Virus record (IMG/VR): IMGVR_UViG_3300042868_009489
DNA from: a virus
Length of the DNA: 64,000 bases
Reading direction: 5' to 3' (one strand)
Shown here: piece after piece, positions 1-10,559 of the stretch
Layout: the number at the start of each line of letters is the position of its first letter
Numbering within the stretch: the first letter of the stretch is position 1
The notes under the pieces: model-generated
What the model saw: the letters and a program-made list of their open reading frames with translations, nothing else
Told to the model about the DNA's origin: nothing
The model's database searches: none
Position numbers and translations under genes: made by a program

Positions 1-27
1 AATGCCATGTTGTTCCTTAAAAATAAA

Positions 28-65
28 ATAGTGGAGGATTGGTCCTACACCAAGTCCTCCACTAT
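28..65 (-). terminator. Stem-loop downstream of the tail tube gene, probable intrinsic terminator
   Basis: Inverted repeat atagtggagga...tcctccactat, followed by TTTTATTTTT on the minus strand. The next minus-strand gene starts at ATG 8 with an AAGGA RBS and runs off the window. Confidence 0.6.
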
Positions 66-95
66 TTAATAACTACTATACTTATTTGATTATAA

Positions 96-785
96 TTATG
101 GTCTAATTATCTCGCTGTTTAATCCGCTAGATGATACTGCATCTTTGCTGATTAATGAACCTAGGTCATCTGAGTTGAATCTGTTAAGATTATCCGTTGT
201 AATCTTATACATTGGACCAATTTCACGAGCAACGTATGTCATTGTTTCTTCGATAACAATGTCATCCATCGAAGCTCCTGAACCTTCATTTAACAGTTCA
301 ACACCATAGATTGATCTAACAGCAGCTTGGCCATATTCGTTAACAAATGTGATTGTAATATCGAATGGTGGGATTTGGTCTGCATAGTATGGTGTCTTGC
401 TAACTACGTCTCTTGTTTGATTTGTTACTTCAGCAATACCTCTCTTGTGGCTTGGATCGCCAGGAAGTGTATTATGAGCTCTTGTAAAAAACTTCATTTC
501 CGAAGAAGAGTTATGATGTGTCTCAAGCATCTGGTACAGAGCTGGGCGGTCAAATACTGTGAATATCAACGAACCAGCAATACCTCTTTTACCTCTTGAA
601 AATGAACGTGGGTTTGGTGAACCCATTGTATAAATTGGCGCCTTTTCTCTTGTCACCGAGAAAGTGATTCCCGAAAGAGCTCCGATTTCAACGCCACCAA
701 AAGTGGCAACAATATCAGCACCAGAAAATGTTGTATAAGTATTGAGATACTTGTTTACTGGACTGTCGTAGTATTCGCCTGCCAT
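96..785 (-). CDS. Putative tail tube / major virion structural protein
   Basis: 229 aa; FSGADIVA..SVTREKAPIYTMG..SRGKRGIAGSL motif resembling tube proteins of large myophages; directly downstream of the sheath gene. Confidence 0.65.
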   Translation of the reverse strand: MAGEYYDSPVNKYLNTYTTFSGADIVATFGGVEIGALSGITFSVTREKAPIYTMGSPNPRSFSRGKRGIAGSLIFTVFDRPALYQMLETHHNSSSEMKFFTRAHNTLPGDPSHKRGIAEVTNQTRDVVSKTPYYADQIPPFDITITFVNEYGQAAVRSIYGVELLNEGSGASMDDIVIEETMTYVAREIGPMYKITTDNLNRFNSDDLGSLISKDAVSSSGLNSEIIRP

Positions 786-832
786 ATTACCCTCCTAATC
801 GGTATATAAATTTGCAGTGTTTTTATATGATA

Positions 833-2098
833 TTAACCAAGTTCAACTGACATTTGGACTTCGATGTTTCTAAGTTCAAATGCAGGTGTTATAACTAGGT
901 CAATAAGTGCTTTGTTTTCTTCAGCGATGTATCTGATGTTGAAATCGCTATCTAAGATGGCACCCAACTGCTGCATTCCTCTAAGGGATGAAGTAATCGA
1001 GGTTTCCATTGAGTTTCTAACTTGAATAGTTGAAGGTTGACCAATGAACTTCTGACAGCTCTGACGGACAACTAACATTGCTTCGTTAACAATTCTCAGT
1101 GTTGTCAGTCTTGTGTAGTCTGAACTAGAACCAGCAAATGTTACACCATCTGTGAAGATTGGAGCTCTATTGAAGTTTAACATGATTGAGTTTACACCCT
1201 TATTGGTCATTGCCAACAAGGTTGTTTTGCTAGGATTGTATCTTAGCGCTGCAACGTTGTAAACTGTCTTGTTTATGGTTGAAGTGTATGAAGCCATTCT
1301 GCTAACTGCAGCAGTTAATACTGATGCACCATTTGAATAACCCCATGCCGCTGGATAACCTGCAGGCTTTAACTCTGCACCAATTACTGCAACGTGTCTT
1401 CCAAGTTCCTTAGCAGCAACTCCATTATATGTTGTTGCTGAATCTCTGTCTGAAAGAGTTGTTAAGCCGAGGTGTGTTGCTACTTGTCCAGGAGTCATTA
1501 CGTCGTTAGCACCGACATATGGCTTTGTTCCCATAACAGCGAAACATGGATGACTGTTCTCATTGATTTCTTTAACTTTATCAGCAATTTTTACTGCCCA
1601 GTTATTTCCAATTGTTACTGAGTTGTCTGCATGAAATCCGTAAATTGTATCGGCAGATGCAGAATATGCTTCAGAAGGAGTTGCCGCCCAGAGTCCTGCT
1701 CTTGCACCACTTCCCCAAGGAAGTATGATATCTGGCTGAGCAGCTTCTGCTGCAATGAACATTGCATCGAGAACGCTACCACCAAAATTACTACTTGTTA
1801 CCGCAGCTGTACTGTGGTTCCATGTAGTATCACTTGGCAATGGGACCATGTAGATTCTTTCTGCGCCTGCAGAAACAAGCTCAAAAAAAGCTCTATGACA
1901 AGCTGAATCAACGCCAAAGGCAGTTATGACATCTTGTTCATTTGTGCACTGAACTACGTCAAGGTCTGCGACGTTGCCTGTTCCATCTGCTGTTGATCTT
2001 TTTGCTAATACTACAACCCTTGGTCCGACTGGACTATCTTGACGGGAGATGCTGTAGAAGCGGTCTTTAATTATTGTTTTTACACCTGGTAGAGCCAT
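833..2098 (-). CDS. Tail sheath protein
   Basis: 421 aa; sheath-type C-terminus (DYTRLTTLRIVN..FIGQP..IDLVITPAFELRNIEV); AGGAGG-like RBS; upstream of the tube gene. Confidence 0.8.
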   Translation of the reverse strand: MALPGVKTIIKDRFYSISRQDSPVGPRVVVLAKRSTADGTGNVADLDVVQCTNEQDVITAFGVDSACHRAFFELVSAGAERIYMVPLPSDTTWNHSTAAVTSSNFGGSVLDAMFIAAEAAQPDIILPWGSGARAGLWAATPSEAYSASADTIYGFHADNSVTIGNNWAVKIADKVKEINENSHPCFAVMGTKPYVGANDVMTPGQVATHLGLTTLSDRDSATTYNGVAAKELGRHVAVIGAELKPAGYPAAWGYSNGASVLTAAVSRMASYTSTINKTVYNVAALRYNPSKTTLLAMTNKGVNSIMLNFNRAPIFTDGVTFAGSSSDYTRLTTLRIVNEAMLVVRQSCQKFIGQPSTIQVRNSMETSITSSLRGMQQLGAILDSDFNIRYIAEENKALIDLVITPAFELRNIEVQMSVELG

Positions 2099-2145
2099 GT
2101 TATTCTTAACCTCCGAGTCAGGGATTTATTGGATTAACTCGAAAG

Positions 2146-2154
2146 ATATAGTAA
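2146..2154 (-). promoter_or_regulatory. Putative late promoter box TTACTATAT (one of at least 8 copies)
   Basis: Same or near-identical motif in minus-strand intergenic DNA at 2146, 6380, 6734, 11242, 18175, 19898, 54798 and 56270, each shortly upstream of a start codon. Confidence 0.6.
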
Positions 2155-2200
2155 TGGGGTACCTGTAAAAACTAACTAGATTTACATATCCTAGTAAATA

Positions 2201-3010
2201 TTATGAGTTTGGAGTAGCACTTTGGAATAAGTCTACGATACCTAGGCTCATATCTGAGTTATAGATTGATGCCGGAGTAGCTGCTTGCTCTATTAAATCC
2301 TTTTCATAGGAAACCCATTGGCGTATATCAGCCACAATTGACTCAATCTTATCAACTGCTGATACATGTATCTTTTCGGTTGTTAATAAATACGTAACCG
2401 TTCTTTTAACTACATCAGTTTGATCCATATTTGTTTCGGTATCTGAAACCCTTCTGGCGTATACAAGCTCTGATGCTCCCAGTCTTTTAAAGACTGAAGT
2501 ATATTCCAACATAAAATCTTCAAATATTTCCATAATTCTATCGGCTACTTCTGCACCAGCATATCTTTGTTGATCACCTGACAACTGACCAGCATTAGCT
2601 TCAACTAGAATAGTGAAGGAAACGACATTCTGAAAACGCTGACCTTCTATAATATAATACTTACCATCATCACCTAAAGCTTTATCTCTATATCTCATTT
2701 TAGGTTCTTGATTGTGAGCCCTCTTTAATTCAAGGCCGTAAGCTATGCAAGGATAGGATGCAAACTTGCCTCCAAATGTTGCTACGATTGGTATGTCTGG
2801 ATATGAATTTTCCCAAAGCATTTTTACAACTTCTATAAAGCCTAGGTAAGTTAAATTTCCTTCAGCCTTTAATCTTCTTGAATCACTATCGTTATAGTAT
2901 TTAGGATCCTGCTCTCGCAGTCTATCTCTGCTTTCTGCGTAGCTTTCCCATTTATTACTTGGTGCTGAGTCAGCATTAAAACTGCCGGGAAATGGAAATG
3001 AAGACTGCAT
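2201..3010 (-). CDS. Hypothetical virion protein, possibly tail completion/terminator
   Basis: 269 aa ORF; position between neck and sheath genes. Confidence 0.45.
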   Translation of the reverse strand: MQSSFPFPGSFNADSAPSNKWESYAESRDRLREQDPKYYNDSDSRRLKAEGNLTYLGFIEVVKMLWENSYPDIPIVATFGGKFASYPCIAYGLELKRAHNQEPKMRYRDKALGDDGKYYIIEGQRFQNVVSFTILVEANAGQLSGDQQRYAGAEVADRIMEIFEDFMLEYTSVFKRLGASELVYARRVSDTETNMDQTDVVKRTVTYLLTTEKIHVSAVDKIESIVADIRQWVSYEKDLIEQAATPASIYNSDMSLGIVDLFQSATPNS

Positions 3011-3011
3011 A

Positions 3012-5096
3012 TTATGCTCCTGGTCCTGTCATTATAGAAAAATTAATATTCTTTAAACCAAGAGAAGAAACTAAATTTATTTCAAAAATTAAAGTTCCTC
3101 TTTCTGTTTTCGATCCATATGATTGAAGTTTATAATCTTTAATAGTTCTAGTAGATACCAACATGTCAAGCATTGATTTGACTTGTGAAATTACTTTATC
3201 TTCCGCGTTCTTGCCTATGCCGTCATTTGCTATGGCTTTTATTTCAGTTATAACCATAGCAACTAATCTCATTTGTGGAGCTTTTGTAAAGGAGCTATTT
3301 TTATTGGCCAATGTGTAATCGTTAGATATGTTTACTTCGTATGGATTACCCCTTAGTGCTTTGCGCGTTCTGTACACAACATTGATACCGAGGTTGTCTA
3401 ACCTAGCTAATGAATCTCCAGATAAATTAGAACCATAAACAGAATATGCTCCTGGTATTCTTTTTCTGATTATTCCATTATAAACTGGAGTTGACGACAT
3501 CATTCCAGCAAATGCAGCTGCTGCTGAACTCGTATATGATCTTCCAAAACCTATATGATTAAAAGTTAGTTCTCCATATATAGGAATAATGTATCGACCT
3601 ATATCAGTTTCTACTTCTCCACTTATTGAGTAAGTGGTAAATTTATTTACAAGTCTAATATTTTCTTCTAGAAGTTGAACATCGCTATCTTTTGTTCCAT
3701 TATTTTTAGAACCAATGATTCCCATTTGAACATATCCAGTAGCTTCGTTAAATGAGTAGCAATGAAGAGCTAGTTGAGCTATGAAGTCAACAGACCCAGT
3801 GTTTATCATTGAAGTTTCAAGTGGTACCACTATGTCAATAAACTCAAGCCCCTTTGCTATATTATAACTTACTGCTAGTCTTTCATAATATTTTTCATAA
3901 AAGTTTACATTAGAATTTGTTTCTGCTGAAAAAAGTATTGGCATGTCGATAAGTCTTTGAGAAGTGTCTTCAATGTATTCCGACATTGGCGCAGAAGCCA
4001 TCATGAATATAGACTTTGCTCCGCAGCTAAATGCGTCATGAATTCCTCTTAGGATAGGCGAAGAAGTATTTGCGCCTAATAAATTGGTAGCTTCTTGAAT
4101 TGAATTAATTTTTATAATTTGATTTAATTCAATTCCATCACTATGACCTATGAATAATATTGAATTAGTATTATAGTATTCTTCTAATGAATCAAAAATT
4201 GGCCTCTTCGAGATAGTCGCACCAGTTGTTGGTCCAGTTAAATCCTTAGACACTCCAGTCGTATTGATGACAGAGTATTTTCCTGTTGTAAGTTGTTCTA
4301 CGTTAGATAAAGGAATATTTGTTTTAATAGAAAATTGATTATTTGCTGGGATCGAAGAGATAAAATGATTTCCATTAAAGTCTACACTTATTTCTGATAT
4401 TGAAATTTGATCACCAGATGAAAGATTGTGATCAGTATCAGTTGATAAAGTTATCACTCCATTTTCTATTTTTTTATATACTATATTTCCGACTCTACCA
4501 ATTTGACTTCTAGAAACTTCAAAATTATGTTCAATTACTTGAGTTCTATCATTGTATGCACATTGAATCGAGACGGTATAAGTTCCACCAAAAAGTGTAT
4601 CTGGGATTTTGTAATAGAAACCATACTCAGAACCTGATGGTCTATTGTAATAAGAATTTGTCTTAAGAGCTAATCTTGCATACACCTTTGCCGAGTTATA
4701 GCTTGATAGACTTGGTAAGGTACTAGCAGTTGTTCTTGCTATTACTGATGTTGTAGTTGGTACAGATGTAATTATATACTCTGTATTGTAGCCACCGCCG
4801 ACGCCGTAAACAATTACGGTATCTCCAGCCGCTAATTTATGATTTATATCAAATGTAAATGTTGCTGAAACGTAACCATCCACTATTGAAACTGGTGGTG
4901 TTATCGATGTAATTCGATAACTTGTATTGATCAACGAAGTGGATGAATGAATTATTTCTCCAGTGCCACCATTTCCTCTCGATACAGTTGCATATATATC
5001 TACAGGAGTAGTCTGATCTAAAGGGTCGTAAAATTCACCATTTACCAAAAAGGCGAATCTGAATTTCACCAACTGGCCATTGTGCACTCTTAGCAT
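3012..5096 (-). CDS. Second sheath-like protein with N-terminal beta-rich domains
   Basis: 694 aa; C-terminal half parallels the 833-2098 sheath (FTKAPQMRLVAMV..LIFEINLVSSLGLKNINF); two H-x-L-x-x-GD-x-I/V beta repeats in the N-terminal part. Confidence 0.6.
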   Translation of the reverse strand: MLRVHNGQLVKFRFAFLVNGEFYDPLDQTTPVDIYATVSRGNGGTGEIIHSSTSLINTSYRITSITPPVSIVDGYVSATFTFDINHKLAAGDTVIVYGVGGGYNTEYIITSVPTTTSVIARTTASTLPSLSSYNSAKVYARLALKTNSYYNRPSGSEYGFYYKIPDTLFGGTYTVSIQCAYNDRTQVIEHNFEVSRSQIGRVGNIVYKKIENGVITLSTDTDHNLSSGDQISISEISVDFNGNHFISSIPANNQFSIKTNIPLSNVEQLTTGKYSVINTTGVSKDLTGPTTGATISKRPIFDSLEEYYNTNSILFIGHSDGIELNQIIKINSIQEATNLLGANTSSPILRGIHDAFSCGAKSIFMMASAPMSEYIEDTSQRLIDMPILFSAETNSNVNFYEKYYERLAVSYNIAKGLEFIDIVVPLETSMINTGSVDFIAQLALHCYSFNEATGYVQMGIIGSKNNGTKDSDVQLLEENIRLVNKFTTYSISGEVETDIGRYIIPIYGELTFNHIGFGRSYTSSAAAAFAGMMSSTPVYNGIIRKRIPGAYSVYGSNLSGDSLARLDNLGINVVYRTRKALRGNPYEVNISNDYTLANKNSSFTKAPQMRLVAMVITEIKAIANDGIGKNAEDKVISQVKSMLDMLVSTRTIKDYKLQSYGSKTERGTLIFEINLVSSLGLKNINFSIMTGPGA

Positions 5097-5469
5097 TTAG
5101 TTTTTGCTTTCCCTAGTTGCACCAGCAATCCAGTAAACTATTTTCCCACCTCTACCCCTTATTGGAGCAGAAAAATCTATTAAAAAAATTTCTTGACCAC
5201 CTGGATAGTCTTCATATATTCTATCACCAGATTTAACATTTGCTGTATCTTGAAAATAATATATTACTTCAGAGCTAACGGTTAAGCCTTGTATATTTTC
5301 TTCTAGTATATTAGCAAATCCGTTGAGCCCCCGGATACACAGCCCTTACTGTATACCTTTGCATCTTTTGGCTATAAGTCATAGTCTTTTGATCTAATAT
5401 TTTTTGAACCAATACATTGTGACCCCAACTACGCAGTACATTACTTAATGTGCGTTTTGGATCAATCAT
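5097..5469 (-). CDS. Putative head-closure/neck protein, interrupted by a +1 shift at in-frame CGG (C at 5322)
   Basis: Not in the ORF track. MIDPKRTLSNVLRSWGHNV..YPGAQ-(c)-GFANILEE..KSGDRIYE..RGRGGKIVYW; fills the gap between its neighbours exactly; length 3n+1. Confidence 0.65.
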
Positions 5470-6352
5470 ACTTCCTTATTCCTCTTTCTGGAATTGGATT
5501 TTCATCTGGTGATTGGATATGAGTTGGTCCATACAGGTCTCTTGGAGTGTAGTAAACTGACAATCCGGTATATGGATCCATGGTTCTTCCTGCTCCAATG
5601 GTTGGAAGACTTGGTAAACCCTTTGGTTGAACTGCTTTCATTCCAACTTTTGATGTTAACATTTCTTTCCTAAGCATTGCTGCGATTTGACACCAGGTAG
5701 TGGCGTTAGCTCTACTTAGGGTGTTTCTAGGTAGATTTTTATTAGTTATAGAAAGATCACCAAGCCTTACCGAAAGCTCATCATCTCCGCCATTTCCATA
5801 GACCCTTGTTAGCTCACAGCAGGTGGCTGCTCTTATGTATTCAAATGCCGTAAATGGAATAGCTGTTCCGTCTTCAGTCTCTAATAATTTAAATATATTT
5901 TTTATCTCTATAGAATAGTTATGTATAAATTCACCTATTTCCAACAAAGAAGCGTCAGGGAAATAGGGGAGAAGTTGCTCTGGATCAAGATACAATGGCT
6001 CTATGTCCGCTGCAAAAGCTATTATTTCATCCTCCCTTAAGAAGACTGTTGGCCTATAATCCTCTGTTGGAGTACTTACATATATCTGTTGATTAACGCT
6101 AATTGTAGTATTGTTTGATAAAACGCCGTTAAAAGAAACCTTATATGTGCCAGCCGTTGATGGGGTATAGTCATAATAAAATTCGGAGCCACTAAGCGAC
6201 GTAGGAGTAGCCGATATAATCAACACGTTACTTGAATTTGTAATGCTCATGGAAACTGATACAGGAGAAACTTCTACCTGATTACCATTAATATCTACGT
6301 CAATAAATTTAACCTTTAGACGCACAGTGTCATTGACTAGTATATTTGTCAT
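5462..6352 (-). CDS. Putative neck / head-tail adaptor with N-terminal Ig-like domain
   Basis: 296 aa; YYDYTP..GTYKVSF beta sandwich, then SVRLGDLSI adaptor-like segment. Confidence 0.5.
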   Translation of the reverse strand: MTNILVNDTVRLKVKFIDVDINGNQVEVSPVSVSMSITNSSNVLIISATPTSLSGSEFYYDYTPSTAGTYKVSFNGVLSNNTTISVNQQIYVSTPTEDYRPTVFLREDEIIAFAADIEPLYLDPEQLLPYFPDASLLEIGEFIHNYSIEIKNIFKLLETEDGTAIPFTAFEYIRAATCCELTRVYGNGGDDELSVRLGDLSITNKNLPRNTLSRANATTWCQIAAMLRKEMLTSKVGMKAVQPKGLPSLPTIGAGRTMDPYTGLSVYYTPRDLYGPTHIQSPDENPIPERGIRKYD

Positions 6353-6411
6353 TTTTCCTTCTTTAAAAAGTAGATATTTATATAGTAGTACTTTAAATTG
6401 TGTTGGTGAGC

Positions 6412-6708
6412 TTATTCACCCTGATGTTGAATACTAACAAGCGTGCCAGAATGTATAGTTATTTCACTAGCCTGAATGAGTGCAGCTCCCTCTTTCTCAA
6501 GAGCCTGTATTGTAATTACTCCAGTTGGAGCTAGATCTATACTTAGAACGCCTATTGCAGTAGCTACCGAATAGTCTTTTTTCCCACCAAAATTAACTTT
6601 GATATTATTTAAGGTGACAGGATTTGATATTCCTTCTATTATTAATATAATAGTTCCATCATATTGAATACCAGATTGGCTATAATCAATAAGGTCATTG
6701 TAGAGCAT
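6412..6708 (-). CDS. Hypothetical protein
   Basis: 98 aa ORF with AAGGA RBS and upstream TTACTATAT box. Confidence 0.55.
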   Translation of the reverse strand: MLYNDLIDYSQSGIQYDGTIILIIEGISNPVTLNNIKVNFGGKKDYSVATAIGVLSIDLAPTGVITIQALEKEGAALIQASEITIHSGTLVSIQHQGE

Positions 6709-6763
6709 AAAAGTCCTTTAAAAGATTTTAACTATATAGTAACGATATAAAGTTAAAATATTA

Positions 6764-7561
6764 TTAGAATTGTAAACCAGCGTCTTTTCTTAGGTTTGGC
6801 ATCCAGATTCTTGAGTCCCCGTCTACCGGAATTGGACTTCCATTTTCTGGAGTACCATAAGAAATTGCAGATAGATATGCAATTCTCTTACCCTTTGTCA
6901 CCGGATAGACTTCATGAGTCCCTACATAGTTTGTAGGATATACGGCTATGGTTCCAGCTTTAGGCACGTGTGTATGTTTTGCGTGTTTGAAAAATATATT
7001 ACCGCCAATAAAATTTGTTCCATTTAGCTCTTCTTCTGATTCGACTCCATCATTAAGATATATATTTATGCTTACATTACCATGTTTTGGATATTCATTC
7101 TTTGGAGGCTTACCGTATTCATATGGTATCTGATCATCGCAGTGTTGACCTATACCTTGGCCATTTGCGTATGTAGCTATGTGACCTGCAGATCTCCACC
7201 AGCAGACTGTAGATGCTTCTGTGTATATTTTACAATACTCAACCAATGATTTGTAAGCTAAATCTTCTAAATCATGGATTAGTTGCTGTTGTTCTTCTGT
7301 TGGTTTTCTGTCTGAAAGCTTGCATAATGGATCTACGAATCTTTCTGGAGCCATAGATATCGAATCTACATCAAACTTAAAACCAGTTTTATTTAAAGCG
7401 TAGCGTTTTCCATCTTCTTCTATATAGGTAAATGTATCTTCTTCTTGTTGCTTCAGCCAAGCTATATAATTATGTAAAAATTCCTGATCAATATCAAAAG
7501 CGTCTTCTATAATACATAGGCCGGCTCCAATGTCTTTTGCTTTAAAATCTTTTATAATCAT
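6764..7561 (-). CDS. 2OG-Fe(II) oxygenase, prolyl 4-hydroxylase-like
   Basis: HCD..YLND..GG..F..P..G....YP....HEVYPVTKGKR. Confidence 0.85.
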   Translation of the reverse strand: MIIKDFKAKDIGAGLCIIEDAFDIDQEFLHNYIAWLKQQEEDTFTYIEEDGKRYALNKTGFKFDVDSISMAPERFVDPLCKLSDRKPTEEQQQLIHDLEDLAYKSLVEYCKIYTEASTVCWWRSAGHIATYANGQGIGQHCDDQIPYEYGKPPKNEYPKHGNVSINIYLNDGVESEEELNGTNFIGGNIFFKHAKHTHVPKAGTIAVYPTNYVGTHEVYPVTKGKRIAYLSAISYGTPENGSPIPVDGDSRIWMPNLRKDAGLQF

Positions 7562-7562
7562 A

Positions 7563-8477
7563 TTAGTAATTTGATCTTGTTATACTGAACTGATCAGAAG
7601 ACTGATCGTAACCTTTTTCTAAAAGATATTGCCTATAATCTGAGGTTAGCCCAGGCATATAGAGATTAGTTGCTGTTTTTGCTAATTCTATTTCCTTATT
7701 CGGGTCAACAACAGATTCATTAACTTCTTTATTTGGGGTTCCGTGGCTATACCAACCAAGATAAGAGTATCTCTCCCCTTCTCCAACTGATTTAACTTCA
7801 TGAGCTGCCATAAAGTTTGATGGAAAAAATAACAAGTCACCTTTTTTAGGTTTTATATCTATGTCTAAATAATTAAAATAATGATGACCACCAGTAAAAT
7901 TTGTTCCATCTAATTCTTCCTCTGTATCAACGGATGACGTAAGATAGAAAACATTACTAATAACATTTCTAGTTGCTAGCTGATCTTTTGGAGTCCAAAC
8001 ATCATAAATATAATCAGCACTTACGTCAGAATGACTACCTAAATAGACGCCTTTTTTATACTGAACTATATGACCCTTAACCTTCCACCAAACACATTTA
8101 TAAGCAAGAGGAAAAAGTTCAAAGTACTTAAACAAATATTGGTCTTTTGATTCTTCAACAAAATCAAATATCTTTTTTATCTTTTCATCACCATACCTAT
8201 GTATAGCAGAACCTCTGCCTGGCATGCGGTCGACACTTTCCTTTTGAAAAAAATATCCACTTTTATTTAGATAGATTTCATCACCAGTTTCTGGATTGAC
8301 AGTTGGTGTATACATATCTTGTTTTTCTTTATTAATTGCATCTCTACTAAATTCTCTAACATAATCCCAATCTAGATCTATAGCTGATTCAAAAAGAACA
8401 ACTCCGCCACCAAGGTGTTTAGGTTCAACATTATTGTTTATCATTTTAATCCTACACTTTTTGTGGTGTTGTGCCAC
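7563..8477 (-). CDS. 2OG-Fe(II) oxygenase, prolyl 4-hydroxylase-like (true start probably MINN)
   Basis: HSD..FTGG..KPKKGDLLFFPS..HEVKSVGEGERYS. Confidence 0.85.
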   Translation of the reverse strand: MAQHHKKCRIKMINNNVEPKHLGGGVVLFESAIDLDWDYVREFSRDAINKEKQDMYTPTVNPETGDEIYLNKSGYFFQKESVDRMPGRGSAIHRYGDEKIKKIFDFVEESKDQYLFKYFELFPLAYKCVWWKVKGHIVQYKKGVYLGSHSDVSADYIYDVWTPKDQLATRNVISNVFYLTSSVDTEEELDGTNFTGGHHYFNYLDIDIKPKKGDLLFFPSNFMAAHEVKSVGEGERYSYLGWYSHGTPNKEVNESVVDPNKEIELAKTATNLYMPGLTSDYRQYLLEKGYDQSSDQFSITRSNY

Positions 8478-9588
8478 ATGGTCCTTCTGGCAAATTTTCG
8501 TCTACCGATGATTCCTGCTTTTGTTCTTGAGCTGGTTGTTCATTGGAATCTAATTCAACAGTTTCATGGCTCTGACTATATTGAGCAACGTTTCTACCTT
8601 GATAGATTGGGTTCCAACCTGGTTCTACTCCCAATCTTGTAGAGTTAGCATCGTCATATCTAGAATGTGGAGATTTACAATATCTTTCATAATCATCATA
8701 TATATTGTTTAACCAAACAGGTGGACACCATTCGAAGCTTGCCTCTGGTTCAGCTATCCTGATATTTGCTGGAACATCGTCTGCTCCTTGCCCAAAGAAT
8801 GTAAGATAACTATATCTTACGCCCTTTCCCATTCTTTCTACGTTATGAGAAGCTACATAATTTGTAGGAAAGAAAATTATATCCCCCCTTTTTGGTTTAT
8901 ACTTTATGCCTAAATGCACAAACTGAAGTGCGCCGCCTGTAAAGTTTCTTCCATTTATTTCTTCTTCTGTTTCTACGCAATCATTTAGATATATTAAAGC
9001 ACCACATGTTTGACGAGATGCCACCATTCCTCTTGGCATGTATCTAATTCCATTAGTTACTTTATAATTCGTATCGTTATCTGCATGTGTTCCAAGAATC
9101 CCACCATCACCATATCTGAGTATGTGACCCCTAGTTTTCCACCATATACTCCCAAGCATTAATGGATAGTAGTCGATGTATTTTAAAAGACCTTTGTATA
9201 TCTGTTCTTCAAGATAGATAAAAAATTTTTTAACTTCGTCTGGCGTATTTGGATTAACAGGTTGCAGTAGCCTGACTGGAGTTCCTGGTATTTCATCTAA
9301 CTTATATCTAAAGCCATCTTCATTAATACCATACTCTACACCGTCTTCACCTGTTATATAGTTCCATCTAGTTTTATGCGCTTCTGCTGCGTTTTGATCA
9401 ATGTAGTCCAAAACTAAAGACTGATCCATATTAAATGCATTTCTAAGTACAACTATGCCAGCGCCTAGCTCTTCTGATTCCATTGCCCCAATTTCATCAA
9501 TTATTTTTTGATTAATAATTGGAGATACTGGAAATGCTTCGTTGTTTAAATTTTTTGGTTGATTGTTTATTTCATCTAAGTATGACAT
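8452..9588 (-). CDS. 2OG-Fe(II) oxygenase, prolyl 4-hydroxylase-like
   Basis: HAD..YLND..FTGG..KPKRGDIIFFP..HNVERMGKGVRYS; paralogous to the two downstream genes. Confidence 0.85.
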   Translation of the reverse strand: MSYLDEINNQPKNLNNEAFPVSPIINQKIIDEIGAMESEELGAGIVVLRNAFNMDQSLVLDYIDQNAAEAHKTRWNYITGEDGVEYGINEDGFRYKLDEIPGTPVRLLQPVNPNTPDEVKKFFIYLEEQIYKGLLKYIDYYPLMLGSIWWKTRGHILRYGDGGILGTHADNDTNYKVTNGIRYMPRGMVASRQTCGALIYLNDCVETEEEINGRNFTGGALQFVHLGIKYKPKRGDIIFFPTNYVASHNVERMGKGVRYSYLTFFGQGADDVPANIRIAEPEASFEWCPPVWLNNIYDDYERYCKSPHSRYDDANSTRLGVEPGWNPIYQGRNVAQYSQSHETVELDSNEQPAQEQKQESSVDENLPEGPCGTTPQKV

Positions 9589-9595
9589 AAGATTC

Positions 9596-10213
9596 CTATC
9601 CTAAAAGTTCGTCAATTGCTTCTCTAATTGTCCAACCAGCGCCCATTATTCTTGGAATCTCATCAAGTGGCATATCTTGCCAATTGAATCTGGCTACCAT
9701 TGTTCCTTCACGACTAACTAAAAACTTTTCATAACCATGTGATATTCTAGCAATTGCTTGTCCTGCAAGGTTTTGATTTTCAATTGCTTTATCAGTTTGG
9801 TTTGCGCTAAAGTCGGAATAATTTCTTTTCTCATTTCCTTTTAAAGCTGAAAATAAAGGATGTTCGTTTTTTCCGTTAACGTCTACTTTTTGAAAAAATG
9901 GAAAGTTTACAAACGAATAATGCTCCTTTATAAATGCTGCTATCTCCTCGTTCGTACCTGGTTCCATTTGGGCAAACTGGTTATTTGGAAAAGCAAGAAC
10001 AGAAAATCCTCTATCTTTAAACTCATCATGAACTTGTTGCAACTGCCATAACTGGCGACATGTTCTAGCATACGACCAGACCTTAGAGCACTTGGGTTCA
10101 TAGCCTCCAGCTTTTGTGGACACGTTCACGATAAGGGTTAACTTACCTTTAAATGTAGATAAATAATTTTTTTGTCCGTCTATTGACGTAGCTTCAATAT
10201 CATAAATTGACAT
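9596..10213 (-). CDS. Glutathione peroxidase family protein with atypical active site
   Basis: FKGKLTLIVNV, GFSVLAFPNNQF..EPG, FQKVDVNG..HPLF and EKFLV motifs of the GPx/BtuE family. Confidence 0.85.
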   Translation of the reverse strand: MSIYDIEATSIDGQKNYLSTFKGKLTLIVNVSTKAGGYEPKCSKVWSYARTCRQLWQLQQVHDEFKDRGFSVLAFPNNQFAQMEPGTNEEIAAFIKEHYSFVNFPFFQKVDVNGKNEHPLFSALKGNEKRNYSDFSANQTDKAIENQNLAGQAIARISHGYEKFLVSREGTMVARFNWQDMPLDEIPRIMGAGWTIREAIDELLG

Positions 10214-10526
10214 TTTTTTGACCTTTAATATTTAGTTTTGCGTATTCATCTATTGTCAAAATACCAACAAACTTATCTCCAATTACTTCTACACTTACGG
10301 AAAGTGTAGCCTTTATTGGCGTATCTACATTTGCTGAAAATGTTAATACATTATTATTAATCTTACCATTAGTAAAAGTTAATGAACCTTTTTCTCCAGT
10401 AATAATTCCAGAAATAAATGGCTCAATTGAACTAATGGTAACCTTGCTTGTGCTAATCCCAAATGGAGTAAAAGTAGAAACATCCCAGTTTCCAATAATA
10501 TCTAAACTAGTATCAATGCTGTTCAT
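10200..10526 (-). CDS. Hypothetical beta-rich protein
   Basis: 108 aa ORF overlapping the GPx start. Confidence 0.55.
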   Translation of the reverse strand: MNSIDTSLDIIGNWDVSTFTPFGISTSKVTISSIEPFISGIITGEKGSLTFTNGKINNNVLTFSANVDTPIKATLSVSVEVIGDKFVGILTIDEYAKLNIKGQKNVNL

Positions 10527-10559
10527 GATTTAATTATAGCACAAAAAAAAAGTAGTTGA

